The notes under the pieces were generated by a model. The model was not told the DNA's origin, ran no database searches, and saw only the letters and a list, made by a program, of their open reading frames with translations. A program made the translations under genes and the position numbers. Source: Bugula neritina (taxonomy: Eukaryota > Animalia > Bryozoa). Taken from it: DNA of 64,000 nucleotides. The stretch lies in the NCBI GenBank assembly GCA_964035545.1, contig OZ037765.1:1116001-1180000 (forward strand), read 5' to 3'. The first letter of the stretch is position 1. Every line of letters begins with the position of its first letter. Positions 28,568-41,702 of the stretch are shown one piece after another.

Positions 28568-30713
28568 TTAGCTCTGTTGAGTTCGCATCTGCCTCTTCAG
28601 CTTCTTCTTGCTCTCCTTCTTCTTGATGGGCTCTTCTTCGTCTGGTTTTGCTACGGCATCTTCTTTCTCTCCCAAGATGATCTCAATGTGGCAAGGACTG
28701 CTCATGTATGCTGCAATGGGAAAACAACTCATTAAATTTGAATTAATTTATGAAAATATAAAGTGGTGCCCTATTAAAATAGCCATTCAGCTTTAGAGAA
28801 CTACCTTGCTAACACAGTTTGAAGCCAAAAATTTCTTTGAATAATGATGGATTGCAACATTAAATTACCAACAAAAGGTACGCAAACTTGCATATCTGAT
28901 TTCTAAATTAAACGGCAAAAATCCCACGATGAAATTTCCACAATTATTTTAGATATATTTGCAAAAGACTCTCGCGGCTTTTTGTTTTCACAACAAAAAA
29001 TAATTTGGGTTTTAGAGTTGCCTCCTCCCCAACACTCAACGCATCCACAAAGAATGAATACTGAGAGTACACAGTGAGTTGGCACATCTGGTGGGAGACT
29101 CGTGAAAGGTGGGAGACTCGTGTACTTACGGTTGATTCGGCCATGAGCTCTGTACGTCCTTCTCCTCATCTTGGGTGCAGCGTTCACCTGTATGTGGTCA
29201 ATCACCAGGTGGTCTGTGTCGAGTCCCTTGAACTCTGCGTTACTCTCAGCGTTCTTGAGCAGCTGGAGCAGGAACTCAGCGGACTTCTTGGGCCATCTAC
29301 CCTGACACACTCCCCATTGCTTGCACTGTAATATATCAACAGTATAGTATAGACAGTGTACTAACTAACACAGGATTTGGTAGACATACAGAAATATCAA
29401 CACTTGAAATGTGTTCATCTAGCATAATTCCACAATAAAATAAATATATTTATAGCACCACAGGGCATTTGATGGGAACATTTAGCACTTTTCTATGATG
29501 GTTCACTATGTACACATTTCTGTCTGGGTGGATTCAGTAAGCTTCAATATTCTTTTATTAGTCACAGCCTGGTGACATGATGATTAACATAACAAACCTG
29601 AGCTTTACGTCCAACGTCACCCTTGAATCGAGTGAAAGGAACGATTTCCTTCTTGTTGATTACGTTTTTCAGAAACCTGACAGCCCTTCTCAGGTGCATG
29701 TGCTTGATGGCATTGGCCGCCTCCCTGGTGTTCTTGAAGTGAACTCTCAAATGAGACCCCTTTGCCTTGGCAGCTGAAATGGGGAGATGGTATGAGTAAC
29801 TTACAGAAACAAGTAGCTGGAGAAAGTTAACTTACTGAATGTAGCAAAAAGCTGCTCTATTACTTTGATGGCCAGGTTTAAATCAGTTGGTTAAGAATTT
29901 AGTTTGCAAGTCTTTGATGCAAATGTGTTGGAAATAACAACTGCTTTTAAATGCTAACACAAATATTTCAATGATTTAGACCTATATTAACTTTTCTAAA
30001 AGGTTAAAAATAATTTCAGTTAGTTGGATAGCTAAGAAGTTGCAAGTTTGAAAGTCAGTGTGACATGAACCTATTCTGGTACTATGAGATAATTTTATAG
30101 ATAAAATACTGTGGAGAGCTTTAAAAAATATCAAGCATCAACTGTATAACAATGTCTGCTACTTTCTCAATATCTACCCTAGGCCTATGCATATTATAGC
30201 AAGCAAAAAATTATAAACTAAAGCAACATCAAAACTATCAACAACATGCAAAAACTAGCAAAGGTGTTTTGTTTGCAGAATATTTTTCCTTTTATTTGTA
30301 CTCAGTAATAGATCAACATAAGTAGTAATTAGTATTACAGCCTATAAATTTGTTTAAAATAACGTTTAAATCCTTTAATAAATCCATGTCCTAATAAATG
30401 TATACATTAAATGATTAATATGTTAAGTTATCACTTTGATTTTAAATCGGGTAAATTTATTGCATATTTTATTATCTTTGTATTACAATTAGTCGTAGCA
30501 CTAAATCTAATAGTAAAAGTAATCCTAATGGTAAAGCAATTCACTGATATTCGATCAAGTTTAATATGAAAATCATCTTAATGAATATCCTCAACTTTAA
30601 GTGATCATGAATATGATCACCATATGCATTATGAATTAAATTTATTTTAATAAACATTCTTATCTTTGCTCACCTTTAGCTGCATTATCAGGCTCGGATG
30701 AATAACGAGTCAT
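28568..30713 (-). CDS. RPL17: 60S ribosomal protein L17 (uL22), 4 coding exons
   Basis: Exons 30674-30713, 29598-29773, 29130-29325, 28568-28710: [31 protein letters not shown]...[24 protein letters not shown]...[22 protein letters not shown]; AATAAA at 28531-28536 (-). Confidence 0.97.
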
Positions 30714-31004
30714 AATGGCAAGGTTTGTCTAAAATAATTTAAAAAGACATCAACAGACCATACAATGAAGCAGACCCTAGCTACAGGTGGGCTGCCTTCC
30801 AACATGAGAACTGGTAGCATCAACAGTTCGAGTTAAAGCCATTAAAATGATAATCATTTACAATCTGGAAGTTTGGTGCAGAAAGAAACATAAACAGCAC
30901 ATTTATCTAAGTGTAAGTATACGCTCATCTAACTAGATGAACGTATGTTGGCATTGGAAAAAGTGGATTAAATCTCAACATAAAATAAAAAGAATTGTAC
31001 TTAC

Positions 31005-31086
31005 TGATTTCAAACCGGAAAAGGATCCAAAGAGTTTTATGTGAGACAAGAACGCACATGTTTTTAAGCGAGCTTCTTATTGGCTG
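31005..31086 (-). promoter_or_regulatory. RPL17 TCT/5'TOP initiator, short non-coding first exon and CCAAT box
   Basis: The minus strand reads TCCTTTTCCGG (TCT motif YYC+1TTTYY, +1 ~31023), then a ~19-nt exon and a gtaagt donor; agccaat ~60 bp upstream. Confidence 0.7.
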
Positions 31087-32397
31087 ATCCGTTGTCATAC
31101 TATGATCACTTTATGCCATATAATTATTTTAGTTAGTTGTGTGAACATTTTTGTTATATTATTATTCCCAGCCTCTCACTCTCAGTGGTAATATTAGTAT
31201 ACCACAAATTTCACTGCGTTATAATACATTATAGCAAAAACTTGATTTAAAAGCAGCATATATGTTAATGGTGAAAGTATCCTTACTTTTAATTTTTACT
31301 TTTACTTTTACTTTTAGTTTTACTTTTAGTCTTTACTGATTACTCTTTTAGTTTTAGTTTTACTTTTACTTTTAGTTTAAGTTTTAGTGTTTAGTCTTTT
31401 ACTCTTTAGTCTCGACTCTTGAACTTAGTTTTACTCTTAGTCTTAGAGTCTTACAGTTACTCTTAATGTTTCTCTTAGCTTTTGCTTTTACAGTTTAACT
31501 TTACAGCTTAAGTAATAATAATAATTTAATGAAATTAAGATTCAAATCAAATTGAAATTGAAATAATTATAATAATAAATTATAAATAGTTTTTATATTG
31601 TTAAATATTAACTTTAAGTATTTGACTTAGTATTGCTATTAGTATGACTGTAAGTATTAGTATTACGTTTAAATTTTTGCTGTTAGTATTACTATCACTA
31701 TGAGTAGTAGTATCACTATCAATATTACTATCAGTCAAATTCAATGTCATTTACTCATTCACTTTCTCTTAGTCTTTCAGTTTTGTATCAATATGTCTGA
31801 CAGTGACGGTAATACTTATACTAATAGTAACAGACTTTAAAGTCTATTACTGTAATATTTGTTGTATCAGTATTGATACAACGTACAGTTATGCATTCGA
31901 GCATTTATAGTCATACTGATACTATCAGTATGACTACAGACTATGAGTCTGAAATATCATAATATTAATTAGATTTGGATAATATATTTATTTTATTTTT
32001 TAATATCAGTAATTGTAAGACTAAAAACACGTAAGTGTTAGTAATATGATGAGTACAACTCATATCAACCGTAGCTTAGAGTTGTTAAGTTGGTATTGTC
32101 ACAATTATTATATCTGCTATATTTTGTGAGTATAGCCATAACACTTCCCCATACTTAAAGCAAGAGAGAGTATCATTAATCATGTACCAGCTCATTAATT
32201 TGAAATAAATGTAATATTTCTTCTTGCTCTTTATGCATTAGTCTACAGTTTGTAAAATTAAGCTCAACTATAATTTTATGAGCTCATTAATGATTATTGC
32301 CAATGCATTGTTTCAGTTTCAGGCTGGTTTGCTTGAGTAAAAATAGACGTAGTCAGCCTACAGCTTTTGCTTGTCATTAGTCAGCGAATATAGCGGG

Positions 32398-35300
32398 ATG
32401 TCAAAGGCGCGTGCCAAAGCTGCCGCTATGGGGCTGACAGCATTGCCTGGCCAATCAGCAGAGACCTCACCTAGTGATGGAAGTGGGGAACCAAAGTGAG
32501 TATACTGGGACTTGGTGTTGGGTGTTTTGTATGACATCCGCACAGCTTCTATACAATATGGAATATCCACAGTTCTTATTAATGTTATAAGTATATGACG
32601 ATTTTCTTTCTGTAAGCTGAATGTGTCGTTTCTTTCACAAAATTTCCTTCTTTATGTTTTAAAATTTATCAATTTCTTTCCCCCAAAGCTCTTTGGGCGT
32701 TGGTGCAAATAAGTAAGTCCCTATTTTTATCAAAATTGTATATCTGTATTTTAGCTTAGGTAATGCTAATGTATACCATTAATTACTAGTGCATTACTAA
32801 TATACTAGCTACATCTTACTGATGTATTACTTGCATATTACTGATATATTACTTGCATATTACAGATATATTACTTGCATATTACTGATATATCACTTGC
32901 ATATTACTGATATATCACTTGCATATTACTGATATATCACTTGCATATTACTGATATATTACTTGCATATTACTGATATATTACTTCTATATTACAAATA
33001 TATTACTTGCATATTACTGATATATTACTTGCATATTACAGATATATTACTTGCATATTACAGATCTATTACTGTATTACTAGAATGTACTGATAAGTAT
33101 ACAGTTTGCTATGTTCAGTTATTCTGTTTCAGCTTTTTCTTCTATTGTAAGGTCTAGTTTACTCTGTTGAAATGACCAAAGTACAATTCAATGGGCAATA
33201 AATTTTGTAAAAACATTACCACCGTGTGTTTATATTCAGAACCGTATATATAATATATTAAATTAGCTTGGATTAGTAGATATTGCAGAGAGGCAATATA
33301 TGGTGTTTATGTCTTCAGGATTCATAATCTGGACGCTCTCACGAAGAAGTTGGACGAGTTGAATATCAACGACACAGAAAGGAGAAATCTGGAGCTCTTC
33401 TTAACCAACAAAGAGAAGATAGGGGAGATAAAGGATGAGGATTTCACTAAACAGGGGGAACTCGGCTCTGGTAATGGCGGGGTCGTGTTGAAAGTGTTCC
33501 ACAAACCTTCAGGTTTCATCATGGCTCGAAAGGTATTGTGTGTGAATTGAACAGTAGTGTGTGGCTCGAGTTAGAATATTTTGTGTTGATAATTCTTGTT
33601 GATATTTCAACATTGAATCCCAAATTATACAAAAGTTAGTTGACATTTCCTCATAACTGAAATGCAGTTTTGTAATTAGAATTGTGTCGAATAACCTTAG
33701 AGTGAGAACAGAAAACTTTTATTAGCCGTAGTTCTTTTTTCTCAATCTATGTTTTTCAATAAAGTACAAGTTTGTTATCGGGATACAATTTTCAGATTAT
33801 AAAATGCTTAAAAATATTTGACTATCTTGTTTGTCTGTCTTTAGTCAGTGGTCAATTTGACAAATATATATTCACAAGTGTGTCACTTCTATGCTGATGA
33901 ATTAAAACTGGTGTGTAGTCTGTTGCGGTTGCTAATAGTTAGTCTGAGAACTAAAAAGGAACTAGCAATCATGTATTATTAGATGTTACTATCTTATCTG
34001 TTAAAAGCTTATTGAATAGCAGATGTTTTGGTTATAACTTAACTTGTTCACTCACTGGGCACTAGTCAATAATTCCAATTAGTTTTATACGAGTTAATGG
34101 CCCTTTTCCTACTTAATGTGCTGCCAGTTTCCATGTTTTACTCTTCTATATTCACATTATGTTAGCCATGCTGTGGGTTATTCAGTTGTGTTTCAAAGTT
34201 TTTTTATTGCAAAGGAATTATTATGACTCAATTATGTCTCTATTTTTGTTAGCAGTTTCGCCTAGCTTTGACACTGTGTATGCACACGTGACACTGTATA
34301 CGCACACGTGACTGTATATATACTCCTGTCACACTGTATATATACTATCTATATACTGTATATATACTATCTATATACTGTATATATACTATCTATATAC
34401 TGTCTATACACTGTCTATACACTGTCTATATACTGTCTATATACAGCTCATACACCTGGAGATACAGCCACAGATAAGAAAGGCAATCATGAGAGAGTTG
34501 GAGATTCTACACGACTGCAATTCTCCGTACATAGTTGGTTTCTACGGTGCATTCTACAGCAAAGGTGATATCAACATCTGCATGGAGTATATGGTATGAT
34601 CTAGTTCTCTAGTTCTAATTCATTACTGCCTATATTATATGTCTAATATCATATTTTAGAGAGTGTAAGTGGTGATTAAAGTAAGCATATTTTTATTGAC
34701 AATGCGGGGAAGGGGGCTAGATAATCACAGTATTGGTAGACTTCACTCAGGATTAGGGCTATTCCACTCTTGTGTGTTGAAACACTGTTTGATGTTTCCA
34801 GGATGGCGGTTCATTTGACAAAATCTTACAAGAGGCGGGGAGAATTCCCGAGCCTGTACTCGGCAAAATGATGTTCTCGGTGAGTATAGTTGAGTACTAC
34901 TTGACTATCTCAGTGTTACAGAGTATGGCTTGATTTTCTCCTTTCCTCCATCTTGTATCAAAATCTATGTGTGTAATGCAGGTGCTGAAGGGCTTGATAT
35001 ACCTCAGAGAGAAACACAGCATAATGCACAGAGGTGAGTAAAATATTCGGTCATTTCTTAATCTCTTGACCTACTTAGCTAGGTCAAGGTGAAAATCGGG
35101 GTTTCAGTTTATAGGAAACTCAGACTATCAGTCTTTTGGCTCCTGCGAGATTTTTAGACCAAGTGTTGTATTTTATGGTCGACTTTAGATGTTCCACTGA
35201 ACTAGCGTTAGTTTTGCAGACGTCAAGCCTTCCAACATTCTGGTGAACTCTAAGGGGGAGATTAAACTCTGCGACTTTGGAGTCAGCATCCAGTTGATAG

Positions 35301-38300
35301 ACTCTAAGGCTAACTCGTTTGTCGGCACCAGGTCTTACATGGCGGTGAGTCGGGGGTATGCGTGACGCCCCCTACTAAACTGATTTGTTGCTGTAGGACC
35401 TAGACTAATCATACAACTAGATATTAGAATGTTCATCTGAAGCTGTAATAACAGTATTTTATTTGTTTACAAGTTACAGACATAAACATAGTTATTTTAA
35501 TCACTGGGCAAATATAATTATAGGTTGCTGTGATATATTCTTTAGTAATACTAGTTATATAGTTAGATTCCAGGGCTTCAAAGTTACATAACGTTATGTA
35601 ATGCTCAGTAGTTAATAGTAGGTCTGTAGATAGTGTTTCAGCCAAGAATCTTACCCATTGCTTTATGATACTATCTTTATATATATTGCTTGTTCCCTGT
35701 TCTTCATCACTGACTTAGCATTATGGAGTGGATGCTAGTATGGATGGATTTGTGGTTGCTGTTTGCATTAACTTATGGTTGTGCTTTCATTAGATGCAAC
35801 TGTTTCCAAACATCCATGGAAAATCATTCACATAATGATAAGCTTGGTAACATAGAGTATACAATGCATAGAGTATACAATGCATAGTGTATACAATGCA
35901 TAGAGTATACCATGCGTTATTTATGCAACTTGTTCCCTGCTCTGTGTGTAGCCGGAGAGGTTACAAGGAGTTGCCTACACAGTGCAATCAGACATCTGGT
36001 CGATGGGCCTCTCGCTGATAGAAATGGCAATAGGTCGTTACCCCATTCCTCCTCCCGACCAGAAAGAGGTTGAGAAGGTGTTTGCTCAGGACACTCTGGC
36101 CCTCCACATGGAGGCAGCCCAGTCTGGATCCCAGCTACCTGGTATGTACCTGTATCCTAGGGGCAGACAACTACTGAGTATGTACCTGTATCCTAGGGGT
36201 AGACAACTGCTGAGTATGTAACTGTACCCTAGGGGTAGACAACTACTGAGTATGTACCTATATCCTAGGGGTAGACAACTACTGAGTATGTAACTATATC
36301 CTAGGGGTAGACAACTACTGAGTATGTAACTATATCCTAGGGGTAGACAACTACTGAGTATGTAACTATATCCTAGGGGTAGACAACTACTGAGTATGTA
36401 ACTATATCCTAGGGGTAGACAACTACTGAGTATGTAACTGTATCCTAGGGGTAGACAACTACTGAGTGTGTAATTATATCCTAGGGGTAGACAACTACTG
36501 AGTATGTAACTGTATCCTAGGGGCAGACAACTGCTGAGTATGTAACTGTATCCTAGGGGTAGACAACTACTGAGTATGTAACTGTATCCTAGGGGTAGAC
36601 AACTACTGAGTATGTAACTGTATCCTAGGGGTAGACAACTACTGAGTATGTAACTGTATCCTAGGGGTAGACAACTACTGAGTATGTAACTATATCCTAG
36701 GGGTAGACAACTCTCTAACTTGTATGTCGTGTCACGGACAGGTCTACCACCTCTGTTCGGCCACTACGATGGCTTCCACGGCAGCACGTACGGGTGTAAT
36801 GACCCGCTGCCACTGGCCATCTTTGAGCTGTTAGAATACATTATACATGAGGTAATGGACTTAGCCCAGTACATCCACACTTCCCTTAGTGCTGCGCCAA
36901 TACACACTTTCTCTAGGCCTACTAATAGGAGAACAGTTGTAGTAGATGTGCGTACTGGCGCAGCACTAGAAGGAATGCAGCTGGGTAGGTTTGTATGCAT
37001 GCAGCAATCCACAGACACTATGGTTTTATGTGTTTAGCAACGGTCAGCTGCCTAATTTACTGCTCCAACTAGAATAGACTGTAAATTCAGTCAATCGGGG
37101 ACATACGCTAATTATATTATTATTTCTCTATTGCGTTTGTGATTTATTTACAGAAGAAAAATGTATTTTAATTGTGAACCTATTCTAAATAGCGTTTTGA
37201 AAATAAATGTTTGAATCCCACAAAAATTGGAAAGAAAAGGATGTGCAACACAAACTGCTCAAACTATTTTCAAGAAATAATTTTTACTCAGAATTGCTGG
37301 GTTTTCAGAGTTGATCCATGCTTCTGATTGACTGGGTTGCAGTGAATAGTCGCGGATGGTTTGCGCGACGTAGTGACAATTGCTATACTTCTGTGACCGA
37401 AATGTACAAGAAGTTACTCATCGAAATAAACATAAAACAGAAACTTTGAGTTTTCTTTTTAAATGCTTGTGTTGAATATTTAAAATTTATTCTTTTATTT
37501 TCACTGATGAGCTTTGCTGCTTTTAAAGTTTTAAACTAAAAAATTTAATAACTATAAGCGCACCTGTCAGGTAGAGCTGAAAATCGTTGGCGGTTATTTG
37601 GAAACTAAATCGGAATTCTGATTTTCCTAAAGTCTTACTAGTCAGTTTGTTATTTCGAAGACGCCGATAATGGGGCAAAATATTGGGAGGTCGACTTGCT
37701 TGTATCCCGTTCTACTTGCCCCTCGTACACCAGTGCAGCTATGTAGTATTATATTTTGTGCATTAGCTGTAAACTCATTTGTTGTTGGAGTCACAACTTC
37801 CAAAGCATGTTTACAATGAGTTTGTAGTCATTGAGTTGAACTCGCTTACGTTGTGCTGCACCATTTGTTGTCCCCTACTGTTAGCGTCAACCTTCTGTTT
37901 GCAGGTAAAAACTGGGATGATAGTCGATGCATCTCTATTTTTGACCTGCTTCAGTTTATTGTGAATGAGGTATGTGTTGACAACTCCACTAGAACCTGGC
38001 TAACTCTACTAACTACTCTCTACTAGCTACTAACTACTAACAAATAATTTAAAATTCAATTTTTTTTAAAACTTTCTGTGCTGCGAACATAGCAAAGGCT
38101 GTACATTTATTAGTTGTACTTTAGAACAAGAGCTCTGTTATAAGTTGTGTTTAGTTGGCTGTGTTTAGCTGCCGGTGTTTATTTTGGGAAATGTTTAATT
38201 CAAGTTCTCATTACCACCACAAGTGTCATTTGTATTTTAGTAATCATTATATTAATACAAGAATTCATGTTATCTTCAGTTGCAAATACAATATTACACT

Positions 38301-40143
38301 TTACTTGAAATACGTAGCTCAAATAAATGAATGTGTGTAGAATTTAGCTTCAGTTTAAATGTAGTGTATGTGGTGTGTTGCAGCCCCCACCCAAACTTCC
38401 TACCGGAGTTTTTACGCCGGAATTTGAAGATTTCGTAGACACGTGGTGAGTTGTCCTCCCTTATTATATGATAACATTGTATAAATATACTATATAGTCT
38501 GAGATATGATCCTTATTATATGATTACATTGTATGAATATACTATATATAGTTATATGATTTTACTACCAGTTATAATAATAGTAATACTAACAGTTATA
38601 CTGATAGTAATACTAACAGTTATACTGATAGTAATACTAACAGTTATACTGATAGTAATACTAACAGTTATACTGATAGTAATACTAACAGTTATACTAC
38701 CAGTTATACTAACAGTTATACTACCAGTTATACTAACAGTTATACTACCAGTTATACTAACAGTTATACTACCAGTTATACTAACAGTTATACTGATAGT
38801 AATACTAACAGTTATACTACCAGTTATACTAACAGTTATACTACTAGTTATACTAATAGTTATACTGATAGTAATACTAACAGTTATACTACCAGTTATA
38901 CTAACAGTTATACTACCAGTTATACTAACAGTTATACTGATAGTAATACTACCAGTTATACTAATAGTTATACTAACAGTTATACTGATAGTAATACTAA
39001 CAGTTATACTACCAGTTATACTAACAGTTATACTACCAGTTATACTAACAGTTATACTACCAGTTATACTAACAGTTATACTGATAGTAATACTAACAGT
39101 TATACTACCAGTTATACTAACAGTTATACTACCAGTTATACTAACAGTTATACTACTAGTTATACTAATAGTTATACTGATAGTAATACTAACAGTTATA
39201 CTACCAGTTATACTAACAGTTATACTACCAGTTATACTAACAGTTATACTGATAGTAATACTACCAGTTATACTAATAGTTATACTAACAGTTATACTGA
39301 TAGTAATACTAACAGTTATACTACCAGTTATACTAACAGTTATACTACCAGTTATACTAACAGTTATACTGATAGTAATACTACCAGTTATACTAATAGT
39401 TATACTAACAGTTATACTAATAGTTATACTAACAGTTAGGCTACTAATAACATTGACCTCTTTTCATTATTATATATTGTTATGTTGTAGTCTGAAAAGA
39501 GATCCAGCAGAAAGACATGATCTGCACTTTTACACAGTAAGTTTACACCTCATGAATCATTAAGAGTTATCTTTCCATTACCTAGCATATAATATGGTCA
39601 TTATGTTAATATAAGTTATCTCCTCTATATTTCACACTGCTAGACAGAGTGCTTATTATTACTGTGTTAGAAGAAGTTTCTGGAAAAGGTTGTCTATTGG
39701 GTGAAAGGTCAAATGCTATTTGGAAGTTTTTTTCAAGTTTAGGGTTTCTTTAACTTGTTTCTATAATTTTTCTGTTGGTTTCATCTTTTTGTATTTCTAG
39801 CATTTGTTTTGGTGGATTTCCTGAGTAGTTTGGCTACCAAAACACTTTTCTAAACTTAATGCTATTCACAGGGAATTGCATATTTAAATTGTGTATTTTG
39901 TATTAAAACTTTATTCTTTAGAAATTGTTGCAATGCCAACTTATTTCTACTCTCAAAAACTTGAGTTTTACTCAAAGATCTTAATTTTGCATTCATGATT
40001 TGAAGTCAAATGAATATTATTTTGTTGAAATTATCTCCCTTGCACTTTCTCGTTCACAGGCACACGAGTGGATAACCAGGTGGGACAGGGAAGATGTAGA
40101 CATAGGAAATTACGCTAGTCAAGTTATGAAGCTGGGTGTGTGA
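32398..40143 (+). CDS. MAP2K1: Dual-specificity MAP kinase kinase MEK1/2
   Basis: Exons approx. 32398-32495, 33319-33531, 34448-34593, 34802-34879, 34982-35033, 35220-35344, 35952-36141, 36742-36851 OR 37905-37969, 38384-38445, 39491-39536, 40060-40143. [76 protein letters not shown]. Probably co-orthologous to MAP2K1 and MAP2K2. Confidence 0.95.
32815..33075 (+). repeat. 22-bp intronic minisatellite
   Basis: Unit tattacttgcatattactgata. Confidence 0.9.
36142..36712 (+). repeat. 36-bp minisatellite starting exactly at the MEK intron-7 donor
   Basis: Unit gtatgtaactatatcctaggggtagacaactactga, about 16 copies. Confidence 0.95.
38562..39437 (+). repeat. 12-bp intronic minisatellite
   Basis: Unit agttatactaac/agttatactacc; explains the 347-aa VILT ORF. 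Confidence 0.95.
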
Positions 40144-41068
40144 TGTCTCTGTATTGTCAACTTCACCCTTCACGGTGCTTCCCTTTAGACACAAATACGT
40201 CTGCCTACAAATCATAAGCTGGACAAAGTCTAACCACAAACTCTACCACTTCTTTACACGCTTCACTGGCTCCGGTGTTATGGTTTAGGCTAGCGGAAGT
40301 TGTCTTTCTTTTTGAAGCACTTACATAGTTTGGAGAAGCTCATGGAAGTATGACCTTGAACTTTGAAATTAGTGAACTTCTCTAAGGACTTTGCTGTAAA
40401 CGCCTAGTTTCAGTGACAACACATTTTATAGGAGTTTCTCACATTGAGAAGTTGTCTTCTTTCTTATAACCTCAACACTTGTTAGAGAAATATTTAATGT
40501 CAACAATTGCACTGTAGTTATAAAGTGTTACCCAGCTACGCTAGGCAGTTATTCTAGTTGTACACACAAGCCTTACAGCATATTTATACTAATATAATCA
40601 CAATGCTGCCACATTCTTTCTGGTTAAATATCTTGTAGTTTGTCTGCCTTATTCTATGTAATTATTTTGTCAAACAGTTATCTGTAGTATAAATACAGCT
40701 TCAACACACTGACTATTGGTATATATTGTTTATTATTACTTAGTATTTATATAACTCTGTGTTATCTTTGTATCACCACTTGTTTGTCATTTTATATCAT
40801 ATTTTATATCAAAATAAATGCGTTTCCACATTTCACAGGAAATTGAACTAAAATTTAAACACTAAGCGTGCAGAATAGTTAACAGCTGTGATACTATACT
40901 GTCTATAAAATATTCATAATATACTACATTATAACATTTGACCTTGTCCATGTGGGATAGATAATAATTATATATCAATATTCCGTATAGTATTAGTGAT
41001 CAGAAGCTTTGTCTCTCAGCTTATAGTCCCTCATTAAGCTGATTATTAGTAAACTGCAGCTGATAGGT

Positions 41069-41581
41069 TTAGTATTTTATTATATATCTCCTCAGTCCAT
41101 CTTCACCTGCTAGAAACACTTTGTCTCTGGACACAGCTATGTCCCACACCCAGTCACTCACACCAGGACTCCTCCTACCAATTGTTTGTACGAGCTTTCC
41201 TGTAAATATAATATTGAAAACTTTATTCAATAAAAGGTGATTTGGTTTTCAATAGCAATGTTGAGAGCAACTTATCAGTAGCAACCATCCAAACATGGAA
41301 AATACTGCGTATATTGACAGATTTATAGATTTGTGGAGGGTATAGAAGGAGATTGTTTACTGAAAGGATTTGAGTAAATAAATTATGGTTTTGCATTATT
41401 TCTTTACCTTTGATAGATACCATAAAAAGTGGTCCAAATGCTATACAGATGTAAATCTGTCCAGATGTTGGTTCAAAGGAAATACCAGTTGGTTCTAAGA
41501 TGCGAGGGAATTCCCACATTAGAGTGAGAGTTGTGTTCTCCACTTTATACCTGCTCACTCTACCATCTTTAGTGTAGTTTC
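41069..41581 (-). other. Duplicated TRIM 3' exons (alternative terminal exons or paralog remnant)
   Basis: 41408-41581 (GNYTKDGRVSRY...WEFP...GPLFMVSIK) parallels the end of exon 44492-45226. 41069-41199 (GKLVQTI...DIAVSRDKVFL..GLRRYIIKY*) parallels exon 43007-43140. The post-stop sequence is also shared, and the splice sites are intact. Confidence 0.8.
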
Positions 41582-41618
41582 CTACAAACACACACGAATG
41601 CACGCACGCACGCAAGCA

Positions 41619-41702
<84 letters not shown>

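Noticed and set aside
28711-30673. SNORD58-like snoRNAs in RPL17 introns
   Set aside because: No convincing box C/box D pairs on the minus strand
38520-39563. 347-aa [11 protein letters not shown]
   Set aside because: 12-bp intronic minisatellite; only the last [15 protein letters not shown] part is a real MEK exon
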